Shown here: positions 8,924-22,350 of the stretch, in pieces
How positions within the stretch are numbered: position 1 is the stretch's first letter
Layout: every line of letters begins with the position of its first letter
Assembly: GCA_965279375.1 (NCBI GenBank)
Contig: OZ257156.1
Location: 2,336,001-2,400,000, forward strand
DNA from: Gemmatimonas sp.
GTDB lineage: Bacteria; Gemmatimonadota; Gemmatimonadetes; Gemmatimonadales; Gemmatimonadaceae
DNA: 64,000 bases
Direction of reading: 5' to 3'
Position numbers and translations under genes: made by a program
Notes under the pieces: generated by a model
Database searches by the model: none
What the model saw: the letters and a program-made list of their open reading frames with translations, nothing else
Told to the model about the DNA's origin: nothing

Positions 8924-10141
8924 CTAGAGCACCAGCATCGCGGCGGGGTCTTCCATGAGTTCCTTCACGCGCACGAGGAACAGCACGGCCTGCTGCCCGT
9001 CGATGAGGCGGTGATCGTAGCTGAGCGCGATGTACATCATCGGGCGGATCTCGACCTTGCCGGCGATGGCCACCGGGCGGTCCTGGATCTTGTGCAGACC
9101 GAGGATACCGACCTGCGGGTAGTTGATGATCGGCGTGGAGACGAGCGAGCCGAACACACCACCGTTGGTGATTGTGAAGGTGCCGCCGGTGAGGTCATCG
9201 ATGGAGAGCTTGCCGTCGCGCGCGCGCTTGGCGACCGCACCGATGTCCTTGCCGATCTCGACGACGCTCTTGGCGTGCGCGTCCTTCACGTTGGGCACGA
9301 CCAGCCCCGCATCCGAGGCGACGGCGATGCCCATGTTCACGTAGTGCTTGTACACGACGGTGTCGCCATCGAGCTGCGCGTTCACCAGCGGATACGCCTG
9401 TAGCGCGTGGCAGGCGGCCTTCGCAAAGAACGGCATGAAGGACAGCTTGACGCCCTGCTCCTTTTCCACGCGCTCCTTGAGACGATCACGCAGCGCGGAG
9501 ATCGCCGTCATGTCGATCTCGTTGAACGTGGTCAGGTGCGCGGTCATGTGCTGCGACTGCAGCAGGTTCTCAGCAATGCGCTTGCGGCGCGTCGTGAGCT
9601 TCTCGCGCGTTTCGCGCTGACCTTCCGGGGCACGCGTTGCGACTGGGGCTGGGGCTGCCGCCTTCGGAACCGCGGCGGCAACCGTCGCCGGCTTCGGGGC
9701 TGACACCGCCGCGACCACGTCCGGCTTGCTGATCACGCCGCCGCGACCGGTGCCGCTGACCGAGGCGAGGTTGACCCCCGCTTCGGTGGCCAGACGCTGC
9801 GCGGCCGGAGAGACCTTGGCGTCAGGCGCTGGGGCCGCGGCTGGTGCGGGCACGCTCGGCGCGGTGGCGCTGGGCGCTGGCGCACTGGGTGTAGCAACCG
9901 CGCCGCTGCCGGCACCGATCTCACCGAGCGATTCGCCAACGGCGACAACGTCGCCCTCGGCCTTGGCACGAGAGGCGAGGACACCGCTTTCGAGCGCTGC
10001 GACCTCAACGGTGATCTTGTCGGTTTCGAGCTCGACCAGCGTGTCCCCGGCGGCGACAGCGTCGCCTTCCTTCTTGAGCCAGCGGGAAACGGTCGCCTCG
10101 ACGATGGATTCCCCGAGGGGGGGGACCTTTATGGACGCCAT
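8924..10141 (-). CDS. sucB: 2-oxoglutarate dehydrogenase E2, dihydrolipoyl succinyltransferase
   Basis: Lipoyl domain ([14 protein letters not shown]), E3-binding domain (GTGRGG), catalytic [18 protein letters not shown]. Confidence 0.95.
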   Translation of the reverse strand: MASIKVPPLGESIVEATVSRWLKKEGDAVAAGDTLVELETDKITVEVAALESGVLASRAKAEGDVVAVGESLGEIGAGSGAVATPSAPAPSATAPSVPAPAAAPAPDAKVSPAAQRLATEAGVNLASVSGTGRGGVISKPDVVAAVSAPKPATVAAAVPKAAAPAPVATRAPEGQRETREKLTTRRKRIAENLLQSQHMTAHLTTFNEIDMTAISALRDRLKERVEKEQGVKLSFMPFFAKAACHALQAYPLVNAQLDGDTVVYKHYVNMGIAVASDAGLVVPNVKDAHAKSVVEIGKDIGAVAKRARDGKLSIDDLTGGTFTITNGGVFGSLVSTPIINYPQVGILGLHKIQDRPVAIAGKVEIRPMMYIALSYDHRLIDGQQAVLFLVRVKELMEDPAAMLVL

Positions 10142-10257
10142 GAGGAAAAAGCGATGCGGTGGACTGACAAGGGGAGTGGTGAACGACCAAATATATGACT
10201 CGGACCAGCGAAGTTCGCCCGTTGTCTCTCAAACTCGTGCCTGTGCCTATGACCGTG

Positions 10258-11298
10258 ATGCGCGCCCTGATGATCGACGCCCATGGTGGCATGGACCAGC
10301 TCCGCTACCGGGAAGACCTCCCGATCCCCGAGCTGGTCGGCGCTGACGACGTGCGTGTGCGGGTGCAGGCCGCCGCGCTTAACCGCTTGGACTTGTGGGT
10401 GTTGGGCGGCATTCCCGGGGTGAAGATCCACCCGGGGTGGGTGATGGGATCCGACGGCGCGGGTATCGTGGATGCGGTGGGACCAAGCGTAACCAGCGTG
10501 GCCGTGGGTGACCGGGTACTGCTCAATCCGGGGATCGTAGACCGCGCCTGCCGCTGCGAGTACTGCCAGGATGGGGACCAGCCGTTCTGCCTCACCTACG
10601 GGATTCTCGGAGAACACCGGCCGGGCACGCTCGCCGACTATGTAGTGGTGCCGTCGGCCAATGTGCACCGCTTCCCGGACACGATTCCTTTCGAGACGGC
10701 GGCCGCCTTTCCGCTGGCCAGCCTCACGGCGTGGCGGATGATCGTGGGGAGGGCCCGGGTGAAGGCTGGGGACCAGGTGCTCATCTGGGGAATTGGCGGC
10801 GGCGTGGCACAGGCCGCGCTGCAGATCTGCAAGCACTTGGGCGCGACCGTGTGGGTGACCTCCGGCAGCGAGGAGAAGCTGGCGCGCGCCGCCGAGCTCG
10901 GAGCGGATATCCTGCTGAATCATCGCAACCCAGAGCTGGGGCGCGAGATTCGCGCCCGCACCAACAAACGCGGCGTGGACGTGGTGATCGACTCGGTCGG
11001 TGAGGCCACGTGGGCGCAGTCGTTGGTCGCGCTCGGCAAGCGCGGGCGTCTGGTCACGTGCGGGGGCACGACAGGGCCGCAGCTATCGATCGACGTGCGG
11101 CGAATGTTCTGGAACCAGTGGACGCTGATGGGTTCGACGATGGGCAGCGACGCGGAATTCGCCGCGATGACCGAACTGTTCCGGACGGGAGCGATTCAGC
11201 CGCCCGTTGACTCGGTGTGGTCGCTACAGGAGGGGCGCGGGGCATTCGAGCGCCTGGCCTCGGGCGACCAGTACGGCAAGGTGGTGGTGCGACTGTGA
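10258..11298 (+). CDS. Medium-chain (zinc-binding) dehydrogenase / quinone oxidoreductase
   Basis: AAALNRLDLW, GSDGAG, structural zinc cluster CRCEYC...C, WGIGGGV, GKVVV. Confidence 0.9.
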   Translation: MRALMIDAHGGMDQLRYREDLPIPELVGADDVRVRVQAAALNRLDLWVLGGIPGVKIHPGWVMGSDGAGIVDAVGPSVTSVAVGDRVLLNPGIVDRACRCEYCQDGDQPFCLTYGILGEHRPGTLADYVVVPSANVHRFPDTIPFETAAAFPLASLTAWRMIVGRARVKAGDQVLIWGIGGGVAQAALQICKHLGATVWVTSGSEEKLARAAELGADILLNHRNPELGREIRARTNKRGVDVVIDSVGEATWAQSLVALGKRGRLVTCGGTTGPQLSIDVRRMFWNQWTLMGSTMGSDAEFAAMTELFRTGAIQPPVDSVWSLQEGRGAFERLASGDQYGKVVVRL

Positions 11299-11537
11299 GC
11301 GAGTCTGCCCCCAAGCCGGAGGCGGCGCGCTACTCGGCCGCCGAGGAGAAGGCGCTGCGCGCGGCCGTCGCGGCCGGCGAGGTGCCCACCTGTCCGCGGT
11401 GTGTCGTCCCGATGACGGCACGCCCGATCGGCGGGGGCTCCTTCGGACTGGGCTATCACCGGCAGCGCGAGTGGCTGTTGTGCCCGAACTGCAAACGCAG
11501 CGCGATCTTTGACACGAAACGCGGGACTCGGCTGTAG
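11295..11537 (+). CDS. Small zinc-ribbon protein
   Basis: GTGA overlap with the upstream stop; CPRC and CPNC pairs in 80 aa. Confidence 0.7.
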   Translation: MSESAPKPEAARYSAAEEKALRAAVAAGEVPTCPRCVVPMTARPIGGGSFGLGYHRQREWLLCPNCKRSAIFDTKRGTRL

Positions 11538-11655
11538 TAGGGGGCAGCCGGCGTCGGGCGCTTCAGAAGTACCGCCTTGATGCATGCATTCCGGCGTGTC
11601 ACTAAGTTTTTCGGAGCGGCACATCCCGAATGTGCCGCCATGCCCACTGCCTGCG

Positions 11656-12606
11656 ATGTATTCGTTGCCGCTTACTCAACCGCTTCATACTCTGCTGCTC
11701 GTTCAAGCCAGCACGACCCGCGGTGACGGTTCTGCCGTCGTCTCCACGTTCACGCAACGCCTCGAGCAGAGCTTTTCCCTGCTTGGCGAATTCGTGCCGG
11801 CGCTCTTTGGCGCGCTCGTCATCCTCTTTGCTGGCTATCTCGTTGCCAAGGTGATCGAGAAGGGGACGCAAAAATTGCTGCGTCGCGTGCGCTTCAATCA
11901 GCTGCTCGAGCGCGGCGGTGTGATGCACGCCGTGGAGCGCTCTGGTTCGCATTTGAACCCGGCGAAGGTCATCGCCAATCTGCTCTTCTGGTTCGTGATG
12001 TTCGCGGTGCTGCTCGTCGCGGCCAATGCGATCGGTCTCGAGTCGTTGGCGAACGTCTTCTCCGAGCTGGTGAGCTACATCCCGAGCGTGATCGCGGCGA
12101 TCGTGATCATCATTCTGGGCATCGTGCTAGGCGGATTTGTCGGAGGCCTCATCATGGCTTCGGCGGGCGCGCTGCACGGTGGGCCTTGGCTGGCGCGCAC
12201 CGGTCGTGTGGGCGTGATCGTGCTGGCGGTGTTCATGGCGCTGCAGGAGTTGGGGATCGCGACGGACATCGTGACGACGGCGTTCGCAATACTCTTTGGC
12301 GCGGTCGCGCTGGCGCTGGCACTGTCGTTTGGTCTTGGTAATCGCGAGCTGGCCGCCGAGGTGACGCGCGAGTGGTATCAGCGCTATCGGGCGGAGCGTT
12401 TGGCGATCGACGCTGAGGCCGCAGCCGAGGAAGCCGAAGACCTGGCTGAAGAGGCGTCGGAGGCCGCGAACGACGCGGACGAGGAGCGTCAGGCCGAGGA
12501 GAAGGTGGCCGCGGAGCGTGCCGCACAGGAGCGCGCCAAGCAGGAGCGTGCTCGCGCGGCGATGGAAGTGGCGCCGATCGCGGCAGCGCCGGGCCGCGGG
12601 GCCTGA
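11656..12606 (+). CDS. TM-helix repeat membrane protein (CmpX / MscS-family-like) with acidic helical tail
   Basis: Two repeats (FVPALFGALVILFAG; YIPSVIAAIVIIILG), ALALSFGLGNRE, Glu/Ala-rich tail. Confidence 0.75.
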   Translation: MYSLPLTQPLHTLLLVQASTTRGDGSAVVSTFTQRLEQSFSLLGEFVPALFGALVILFAGYLVAKVIEKGTQKLLRRVRFNQLLERGGVMHAVERSGSHLNPAKVIANLLFWFVMFAVLLVAANAIGLESLANVFSELVSYIPSVIAAIVIIILGIVLGGFVGGLIMASAGALHGGPWLARTGRVGVIVLAVFMALQELGIATDIVTTAFAILFGAVALALALSFGLGNRELAAEVTREWYQRYRAERLAIDAEAAAEEAEDLAEEASEAANDADEERQAEEKVAAERAAQERAKQERARAAMEVAPIAAAPGRGA

Positions 12607-12638
12607 GCGGCCCAAAAACTCGTTTGTAAGTTGTTGTC

Positions 12639-12651
12639 AATCAGCAAGTTA
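12639..12651 (+). promoter_or_regulatory. IHF-consensus site upstream of gyrA
   Basis: AATCAGCAAGTTA matches WATCARNNNNTTR exactly, inside an AT-rich island. Confidence 0.5.
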
Positions 12652-12667
12652 TGAGCGGCCCGTTGCG

Positions 12668-12696
12668 TTGATTTTACGTGACGGGTCGCCTACATT
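12668..12696 (+). promoter_or_regulatory. Sigma-70-type promoter of gyrA
   Basis: TTGATT-17 nt-TACATT, 45 nt upstream of ATG 12742. Confidence 0.6.
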
Positions 12697-12741
12697 TCCG
12701 ACGTTGTCTGCCCGCCGCCGGACCTCCTTCATCGACGTCCC

Positions 12742-15276
<2,535 letters not shown>

Positions 15277-15313
15277 TCACGCTCGGCGCTGTCGTCGCGC
15301 GGTTAAAAGGAAC

Positions 15314-15346
15314 GGGGGGTCAGCGTGGACGCTGGCCCCCCTTTCT
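15314..15346 (+). terminator. Intrinsic terminator of gyrA
   Basis: GGGGGGTCAGCGT...ACGCTGGCCCCCC stem followed by TTTCT. Confidence 0.8.
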
Positions 15347-15368
15347 GTCGGCAGGTACGTTTAGCGAG

Positions 15369-16361
15369 ATGCAGACCGACTCCCTGATTTCTCTGCGCGA
15401 TCTCGAAGCGGCCGCCGCCGGACTTGCCGGTGTGGCGGTGCGCACGCCGTTGTTGCCGGTCGATGCGCTGCTCGACCGATTCCCCGCCGGCGTGTGGGTG
15501 AAGCCCGAGATGCTGCAGCGTACCGGCGCATTCAAGTTCCGCGGTGCGTACACGTTCATGCGCAACATGATGCCGACGGATCGGGCGCGCGGTGTGATCG
15601 CGCCTTCGTCGGGGAATCATGGCCAGGCGGTGGCGTATGTGGCGCGCATGTATGGCGTGCCCTGCACCGTGGTGATGCCGACTACCGTGACCGCGGCCAA
15701 GCGTGCGGGCGCCGAGAGATATGGCGCAGCGGTGGAGCTCGCGGGGGTGACGAGTCTTGATCGGGCCAATCGCGCGGCGGAGCTGGCGGTGTCGAGCGGT
15801 GCGACGGTGGTGCCGCCGTTTGACGATCCATGGATCATTGCCGGGCAGGGGACGCTGGGGCTCGAGATCGCGGAGGACCTGCCGGACGTGGGCACTGTGA
15901 TCGTGCCGGTGGGCGGCGGTGGTTTGTCATCGGGCGTGGCGGCGGCGGTCAAGCTGCGTTGCCCCAAGGCGCGCGTGATCGGCATCGAACCCGCGGGTGC
16001 ACGCAAGTTGTCGGCGGCGCGCGCGGCTGGTGGTCCGGTCACGCTGCCCAGTTCATCGGGTCTGCCTGATGGCCTGCTGGGTGTGCGCATTGGAACGCGC
16101 AACTACGCGCATCTCGATCAGTACTGCGACGACGTCGTCGCGGTGGAAGATGGAGCGATTCGCTGTGCGATGCGTTTCCTGCTGGACCGCATGAAGCTTG
16201 TGGCCGAGCCGAGTGGCGCGATCACGATTGCAGCGTTGATGGAAGGATTGGTAACTCCGACAGGACCGACGGCGGTCGTGTTGAGTGGCGGAAACATCGA
16301 GTGGGCGGGGTTGCTCCCGTTGATCTCGGATCCTGCGGCGATGCCCGCAACCTCGAGCTGA
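15369..16361 (+). CDS. PLP-dependent threonine/serine dehydratase family (no ACT domain)
   Basis: KPEMLQRTGAFKFRG, SSGNHGQ, VPVGGGGL, EPSGA, VLSGGN. Confidence 0.9.
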   Translation: MQTDSLISLRDLEAAAAGLAGVAVRTPLLPVDALLDRFPAGVWVKPEMLQRTGAFKFRGAYTFMRNMMPTDRARGVIAPSSGNHGQAVAYVARMYGVPCTVVMPTTVTAAKRAGAERYGAAVELAGVTSLDRANRAAELAVSSGATVVPPFDDPWIIAGQGTLGLEIAEDLPDVGTVIVPVGGGGLSSGVAAAVKLRCPKARVIGIEPAGARKLSAARAAGGPVTLPSSSGLPDGLLGVRIGTRNYAHLDQYCDDVVAVEDGAIRCAMRFLLDRMKLVAEPSGAITIAALMEGLVTPTGPTAVVLSGGNIEWAGLLPLISDPAAMPATSS

Positions 16362-16367
16362 TTCCGC

Positions 16368-17843
16368 ATGGCATCATCGCGCATTCTGGTTGCAGACGAC
16401 GACGTGGCTGTGCTCGAGTCCGTGACGTGGCTGCTGAAGGAAAATGGATACGATGTGGTGCCGGCGAGTGGTGGGGCCGCCTGCATGGAGCAGTTGGAGC
16501 GTCGCACGCCCGATCTGCTGTTGCTCGACATCCTCATGCCGGATGCAGATGGCTTTCAGCTGCTCGAGCGCATCAAGGGTGACGAGCGATGGCGCGACCT
16601 GCCGGTGCTGATGCTGTCGGCGCAGCCACCGGAAGAGTCATCGGTGCGCTCGCTCGGGCTGGGCGCGTCCGATTTCATTCGCAAGCCGTATCGCCCCAAG
16701 GAGTTGCTGGCGCGCGTGCAGGCGCAGCTGCGCACCGGCGCGGTGCTGCGCGCAACGCGTCAGGCGCTCACGCGGACGGAGGAGGCGCTCGTACGCGCGC
16801 AGCAGGACGCGGACAGCCGTCGCAAGCTGGTGGACATTCTGCACGAGGTCACGGGCGACCTGTCCGTCTCCGAGCTGTTCCATCTGCTCGTGCGTCGGGC
16901 GGCGCGTGCTCTTGGCGTGTCGCACTGCTCGGTCGTGCTGGCCAAGCCCGGCGAGAACACAGCGGTCGTGGTCGCGGCGTATGAGAATCCCGGCTTGCAT
17001 CAGCTTTCGATTCAGCTCGATCGCTATCCGGAACTCAAGGCCGCGCTGGACAGCGGGCAGCCGGTGCTGGTGGAAGATCTCGACACGCATCCGCTGTACG
17101 CGAACGTGCGTCAGGTGTGGGGCATCGAGGGAATCGAGGTCGCGATCCGCTCGGTGATTGCCCTGCCGTTCTCGATCGAGCGTGGCCAGTACGGTGTGTT
17201 TCTCGTGCGCCGCACGCGGGATCAGGATCGATTTGGTGTCGCGGATCTGGATTTCGCGCAGGCCGTCATCAACGCGGCCGTCGCGGTCATCCAGCGTGCG
17301 CAGATGGTGGAGAGCACGATGGCGGACAATGCGCGCCTCGAGCAGCTCGCGCACACCGATCCGCTGACGCAGCTGCTCAATCGTCGCGCACTCACCGAGC
17401 GCATCACTGCGGAGATGGAGCGCGCGCTGCGCTACGACTCCACCCTCGCGTTGCTGATGATCGACCTCGATCACTTCAAACGCGTGAACGACACGTACGG
17501 CCACCTGGTGGGCGACGATGTGTTGCGCGACGTGGCGGCGCTCCTGAGCGAGACGATTCGCGGAAGCGATATCGTGGCGCGCTACGGCGGCGAGGAGTTC
17601 CTGATGCTGTTGCCGGAGACTGACGACGCGGGCGCGGAACAGTTTGCGGAGCGCATCCGACTCGCGATCGACGAACACCCGTTCGGCGAGGACGCGGACC
17701 ATCCGACGTTGCGCCTCACGGCCAGCATCGGCGTCGCGATGTTTCCCGCTGCGCGCATCGAGTCGGTGGAAGATCTCTTCGCGCGCGCCGACGCCGCGCT
17801 CTATCGCGCCAAGGCCGACGGACGCAATCGCGTGCGCATGTAG
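16368..17843 (+). CDS. Diguanylate cyclase, REC-GAF-GGDEF
   Basis: Receiver domain (VADDD, LLLDILMP, KP), GAF-like middle, DPLTQLLNRR, DLDHFKRVNDTYGH, RGSD I-site, GGEEF. Confidence 0.93.
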   Translation: MASSRILVADDDVAVLESVTWLLKENGYDVVPASGGAACMEQLERRTPDLLLLDILMPDADGFQLLERIKGDERWRDLPVLMLSAQPPEESSVRSLGLGASDFIRKPYRPKELLARVQAQLRTGAVLRATRQALTRTEEALVRAQQDADSRRKLVDILHEVTGDLSVSELFHLLVRRAARALGVSHCSVVLAKPGENTAVVVAAYENPGLHQLSIQLDRYPELKAALDSGQPVLVEDLDTHPLYANVRQVWGIEGIEVAIRSVIALPFSIERGQYGVFLVRRTRDQDRFGVADLDFAQAVINAAVAVIQRAQMVESTMADNARLEQLAHTDPLTQLLNRRALTERITAEMERALRYDSTLALLMIDLDHFKRVNDTYGHLVGDDVLRDVAALLSETIRGSDIVARYGGEEFLMLLPETDDAGAEQFAERIRLAIDEHPFGEDADHPTLRLTASIGVAMFPAARIESVEDLFARADAALYRAKADGRNRVRM

Positions 17844-17889
17844 CCGCGGCGCGGCCGCGAGTCAGCGGCCGTTCGTGAGCCGCCGTACG

Positions 17890-18357
17890 TCAGTGGTCGC
17901 GGCGGCGTAGCTCTACGGCGATGCACCGATCCTGTACCACCTGAATGCCGGCCCGCGCGAACTGCTCCGCGGCGGCGTCGTTACGAATGCCCAACTGCAT
18001 CCACACCACGCCGGGTGCGGCGGCGAGAATCGCGTCGACGTGCTTCGCAACGTCTGCTGGGCGACGGAACATGAGCACGAGGTCCGCCGGCGGCGCGATC
18101 GTCGCGAGCGTGCGATGCACCGGACGCCCAAGTATCTCGGTGATCTCCGGATAGTAGACCGGCACAGGTACCACATCGAAACCGAGCTGCTGCAGCGCGG
18201 CAGGCACCGAGTATGACGGCCCGTCCTCGTGCGCTCGCTTGATGCCGATGACGGCAATACGCCGCATCGCGGTGAGAATCTCTGTGATGGCCGACTTCGA
18301 GTTATCGAGTCGCTCCCGCCACGCGCTGTCGCCCTCCATTAACTTCTCCACCGTCAC
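17890..18357 (-). CDS. CoA-binding domain protein (YccU-like)
   Basis: RIAVIG, VVWMQLGIRN, VVQDRC. Confidence 0.85.
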   Translation of the reverse strand: MTVEKLMEGDSAWRERLDNSKSAITEILTAMRRIAVIGIKRAHEDGPSYSVPAALQQLGFDVVPVPVYYPEITEILGRPVHRTLATIAPPADLVLMFRRPADVAKHVDAILAAAPGVVWMQLGIRNDAAAEQFARAGIQVVQDRCIAVELRRRDH

Positions 18358-18386
18358 TCCCCCATCCTCAAGTCTGGAGTTCCCAG

Positions 18387-19532
18387 ATGCGTATGCTCGT
18401 ACTCGGCGCCGGACTGCAAGGTACCGCGTGCGCGTTCGATCTGTTGCACACCCCTCAGGTCGAGCGCGTGCTGCTCGCCGACGTCAAGATCGGCGCAGTC
18501 CCCGCGTTCTTGCAGTCTTTCGTAGGCAATCGCTTGCAACAAGTCGCGGTCGATGTGCGTGACGCGGACGCCGTGCGCGCACTCTTTGCGCAATGCGACG
18601 CGGTGTGCAGCGCGATCCCGTACTACTTCAATCTTCCGTTGGCGCAGCTTGCTGTTGAGGCAGGCGTGCACTTTGCCGATCTCGGCGGCAACACCGAAAT
18701 CGTTCGGCAACAGCAGCAACTCGATGCAGCCGCGAAGGCCAAGGGCGTGAGCGTTGTGCCGGACACTGGCCTGGCTCCCGGCATGGTGAACGTCATTGCG
18801 CAGCACGGCATCGATCAGTTCGACACCGTGGATCGCGTGCAGCTCTTCGTTGGTGGCTTGCCGCAGGTGCCCGAGCCACCGCTTGGCTACCAGATCGCGT
18901 ACTCGATCGAAGGGATGGTGGACTACTACACCACCAAGTCGCTCGTCGTGCGTGATGGTCAGCCGACGGAAGTCGATGCGCTATCGGAAATCGAGACGGT
19001 GAAGTTCGAGCGTCCGCTGGGAGAACTCGAAGCGTTTCACACCGCAGGTGGTCTCTCCACGATGGTGTATCGCTACGCGGGAAAGATTCCCGTGATGGAG
19101 TACAAGACGCTGCGCTATCCCGGGCACGCGCGCATCATGGCGGCCATTCGCGACCTTGGCCTGCTTGGAACCGACGCCGTCGAGGTGAAGGGACAGCAGG
19201 TGGCGCCGCGCGATGTGTTCGTGCGCGTGGCCGGCGAGAAGCTGCACAAGCGCAAACCTGATCTTGTTGCGCTGCGCGTCGTCGTGGCAGGCACGAAGGA
19301 TGGTGTGCAGGGCGTGCGTGCGTGGGAAGTGGTGGACCGTTTCGATCCCATTCACGGCATCACGGCGATGATGCGTACGACGGGTTACACGCTCTCCATC
19401 ACGTCGCAGCTGCAGGCGACAGGCGCCATCTCTGCCGGCGTGCACACGCCGGACGAATGCATCCCCGCCGAGCGTTACTTCTCGGAGCTGGCCAAGCGGG
19501 GCGTGATCGTGCGGGAGATTCTGGCCGACTAG
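18387..19532 (+). CDS. Saccharopine dehydrogenase / lysine 6-dehydrogenase family oxidoreductase
   Basis: [47 protein letters not shown]. Confidence 0.9.
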   Translation: MRMLVLGAGLQGTACAFDLLHTPQVERVLLADVKIGAVPAFLQSFVGNRLQQVAVDVRDADAVRALFAQCDAVCSAIPYYFNLPLAQLAVEAGVHFADLGGNTEIVRQQQQLDAAAKAKGVSVVPDTGLAPGMVNVIAQHGIDQFDTVDRVQLFVGGLPQVPEPPLGYQIAYSIEGMVDYYTTKSLVVRDGQPTEVDALSEIETVKFERPLGELEAFHTAGGLSTMVYRYAGKIPVMEYKTLRYPGHARIMAAIRDLGLLGTDAVEVKGQQVAPRDVFVRVAGEKLHKRKPDLVALRVVVAGTKDGVQGVRAWEVVDRFDPIHGITAMMRTTGYTLSITSQLQATGAISAGVHTPDECIPAERYFSELAKRGVIVREILAD

Positions 19533-21235
19533 GTGCGGAACTCGCCGATCAGGCCGCGCACGCGCATGCTGGCGGTCTGCAGCATCTCGGCGGTGCCGGA
19601 GACTTCCTGCGCCGAGGCCGACGTTTGCTCGGTGCTGGCGGCCACTTCTTCGGCGGCGGCAGCATGGCCTTCGGACGTGTCGCGCGCGCTGGTGAGGGCG
19701 CGCTGCACGGCGCCAAGCGAGGCGCGGTTGGTGGTGACGGCACTGGAGACACGCGTGGCCGCTCCTTCCACCTGAGAGACCGCTTCGTCGATGCGGGAGA
19801 GCGCGGTGGAGACACCAGACGCCACGAATTCGACGTCCTTGAGTCGTGTCGTGCCCGATTCGACCGAGTTGGACGCACTCGCGATGCGCGATCGAATGCG
19901 CTTCACGTTTTCCGTGACTTCGTTGGCCGCGCTGGCGCTCTGCTCGGCGAGCATGCGCACTTCCTGGGCAACCACGGCGAAGCCGCGCCCTGCGCTGCCG
20001 GCGCGCGCTGCTTCGATCGCCGCATTGAGTGCGAGCAGGTTGGTCTGTGTGGCGATCTCGGAGATGACGCCGACGAAATCGTCGATGACCGCCGTCGCAT
20101 CGCGCAGCGCCGCCATTTCGTTCTTGGAGTCGATCACCACTTCGCGTGCGCTGAGCAGCGTGTCGATGGCGATCTGCACCTGATCGCGCGTGCTGTTGGT
20201 GGTGCGACGGATCTCGCGGCCCACGCGTTCCGTTTCCACCGCGGCTTCACCGATGGTGGCGCCCGCTTCGGCGAGATCCTTGACTGTATCGCTGGCGAGA
20301 TTGAGTGCGCCCAACTGCACCGTGGCGCCGTGCGACATCTCCATCACCGCCGTGGTGACGTGCTGTGAGGAGGCGGCGGCTGCGGAAGCGGAGGCACTCA
20401 GTTCACCGGCGGCGAGCGTTACCTGATCGGCCTCGTCCTGCACGCGCGAGAGCAGAATGCGCAGACGCTCACGCGCCTGCTGCATCGCGGCAATCAGATC
20501 GGCGTACTCCTGCGCCACCTGACGGGTGCGCATCGGAATCGCCGGCAGGCGCAGATCGCCGGCGCCGATGGCTGCCATCTCTTCGCGCAACTGCGAGAGT
20601 GGCGTGGTGACGGCGCGCGCGGTGGAGAGACCAAAGAACGCCGCGAGCCCGAACGCCAACGCGATGACGATCGCGAGACTGGCTTCAGCGCGATGGAGGC
20701 CATCGCGCATGTGCTCCATGGAGTCGTTGGCGCCTGTGCGTGCGACGATGCGAAGGCCCTGCAGTTCGCCTTCGACGGCCTGCATGTCTTTCGTGGTTTG
20801 TTGCAGCACGCGTCGAGCGTCCGCCTCACGGCCTGCCACCTTCCACGCGTGCGTCATGGCGATGCGCACTTCGAGCGTGGCCTGTAGCGCGCCCAGCGTT
20901 TCGAGACGACGGCGTTCGTCTGCCGAAAGAATCTGCTGGCGAATTGCATCGCGGCGGAGCTGATCGGCCTGATCGACGAGCGCGAGATACTGCGCATGAT
21001 CGGTGTCGTCACCGCTGTTGAGATAGCGCATGCCGGCGATGAGCTCGCGCAGAATCGTGGCGGTGGAGCGTTCGGTGAACTCGGAGCGGTCCGAAAGTCG
21101 ACGCACAGTGCTGTCGGCCTCCGCATTGCTGCTGACGAGTCCATACCAGCCCAGAAGCCCGGCAAGCAGCAACAGTCCGATGGACGTCCCGAACCCGGCG
21201 ATGAGGCGAGAGCGGATGGTACGGAGCAGCATCAC
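19529..21235 (-). CDS. Methyl-accepting chemotaxis protein
   Basis: Two TM helices around a helical sensor domain, HAMP, and [34 protein letters not shown]. Confidence 0.95.
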   Translation of the reverse strand: MMLLRTIRSRLIAGFGTSIGLLLLAGLLGWYGLVSSNAEADSTVRRLSDRSEFTERSTATILRELIAGMRYLNSGDDTDHAQYLALVDQADQLRRDAIRQQILSADERRRLETLGALQATLEVRIAMTHAWKVAGREADARRVLQQTTKDMQAVEGELQGLRIVARTGANDSMEHMRDGLHRAEASLAIVIALAFGLAAFFGLSTARAVTTPLSQLREEMAAIGAGDLRLPAIPMRTRQVAQEYADLIAAMQQARERLRILLSRVQDEADQVTLAAGELSASASAAAASSQHVTTAVMEMSHGATVQLGALNLASDTVKDLAEAGATIGEAAVETERVGREIRRTTNSTRDQVQIAIDTLLSAREVVIDSKNEMAALRDATAVIDDFVGVISEIATQTNLLALNAAIEAARAGSAGRGFAVVAQEVRMLAEQSASAANEVTENVKRIRSRIASASNSVESGTTRLKDVEFVASGVSTALSRIDEAVSQVEGAATRVSSAVTTNRASLGAVQRALTSARDTSEGHAAAAEEVAASTEQTSASAQEVSGTAEMLQTASMRVRGLIGEFRT

Positions 21236-22350
21236 TTGCCGCCCCCGATCGTGGTGACGACGACCGAGCGGCCGGAGATGTCGTGATTGGGTTCGAAGGC
21301 GATTGGTCCGGCGGCACCCTGCACAGGCGCGACACCGTGGCCGAGTCGCTCGAGCGCGTCTTTGACTCCGGGGCGCGTGCGGCTGCCGGCGAGTGCGGCG
21401 CGGCCGATCGCGAGCGCCGCGTCATACGAGAGCGCGGCGAACATGTCCGGCTCGGCGTGATACTTCTCGCGATAGCGCGAGAGAAAGAGCTTGCCCTCGT
21501 CGCTCGTGGCGCGTTCAGGGCGGAAGAAGGCGACGAAGCGCGCCCCACGGGCTACCGAGGCGCTTTGCATCCCCTCGGTACCATCGCCGCCAACGAACGG
21601 GATGTGGACGTTGATGGCCTCGAGGGCGCGGAGCAGGGCGATGGCATCCACGGCGTCGCCGGGGAAGAGCAGCACGTCGGGGCGCTGAATCGCCAGCAGT
21701 CGGGCGTAGGCGTCCCACTCCATGATGCCGTTGAGGTACGGCTCGCGGTCGATGACCGTCGCGTTGCCGCGCGCAAAGGCATCGCTGAAGGTGCTGGTCC
21801 ACTCGCGCCCGTAGGCGTCGTTGCGGTAGACGATGGCGGCGCGCGTGGCGCGTAGCGTGTCGCGCACCCACTGCGCGACAAAGCGGGCGGCGTCGTTGTC
21901 GCTCGGGGCGACGCGGAAGAACCACGGGCTGATTCCGCTCAGCTTGGGCGAGGACGCCGTAGGAGAGACGGCGACGACCGCGTTGGCGCCGGCGTGCTCG
22001 ATGTCGGCGTAGACGGGGACGGCCTCGAGGGTGTTGCCGCTCTCCGGGTGACCGACCACGCCCAGCACCGACGGATCGTCGCGGAGTTGCTCAGCGATGC
22101 GCACCGCACTGACGGCGCGGGCGTCGGGGAGTCGAACTCGGAACTTGGCTGTGCCGGCCTCGTTGAGTCGCGCCACGGCGAGGTCGAGCCCCTGGAGGAC
22201 CGCCTCGTAGCCGGGGCGCCCGGGGATGGCCCCGACGCCGATGGCAATCGTGTCCGAGACCGGCGCCGCCTTGGCGCCGCAGGCGACGGTTAAGGCCGTG
22301 GCAATGGTGGCGCACAGGGTACGCGCACGCGCGCGCGAACGCCCGCGCAT
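21232..22350 (-). CDS. LivK-type (branched-chain amino acid family) periplasmic binding lipoprotein
   Basis: Lipobox [43 protein letters not shown]. Start approximate. Confidence 0.88.
   Translation of the reverse strand: MRGRSRARARTLCATIATALTVACGAKAAPVSDTIAIGVGAIPGRPGYEAVLQGLDLAVARLNEAGTAKFRVRLPDARAVSAVRIAEQLRDDPSVLGVVGHPESGNTLEAVPVYADIEHAGANAVVAVSPTASSPKLSGISPWFFRVAPSDNDAARFVAQWVRDTLRATRAAIVYRNDAYGREWTSTFSDAFARGNATVIDREPYLNGIMEWDAYARLLAIQRPDVLLFPGDAVDAIALLRALEAINVHIPFVGGDGTEGMQSASVARGARFVAFFRPERATSDEGKLFLSRYREKYHAEPDMFAALSYDAALAIGRAALAGSRTRPGVKDALERLGHGVAPVQGAAGPIAFEPNHDISGRSVVVTTIGGGK

Noticed and set aside
8924..10141. Absence of sucA beside sucB-lpdA as a sign of a novel complex
   Set aside because: Split odh loci are common, and sucA may lie elsewhere in the genome.
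12614..12651. dif/Xer site
   Set aside because: No match to the XerD arm TTATGTTAAAT or the 11-6-11 layout.
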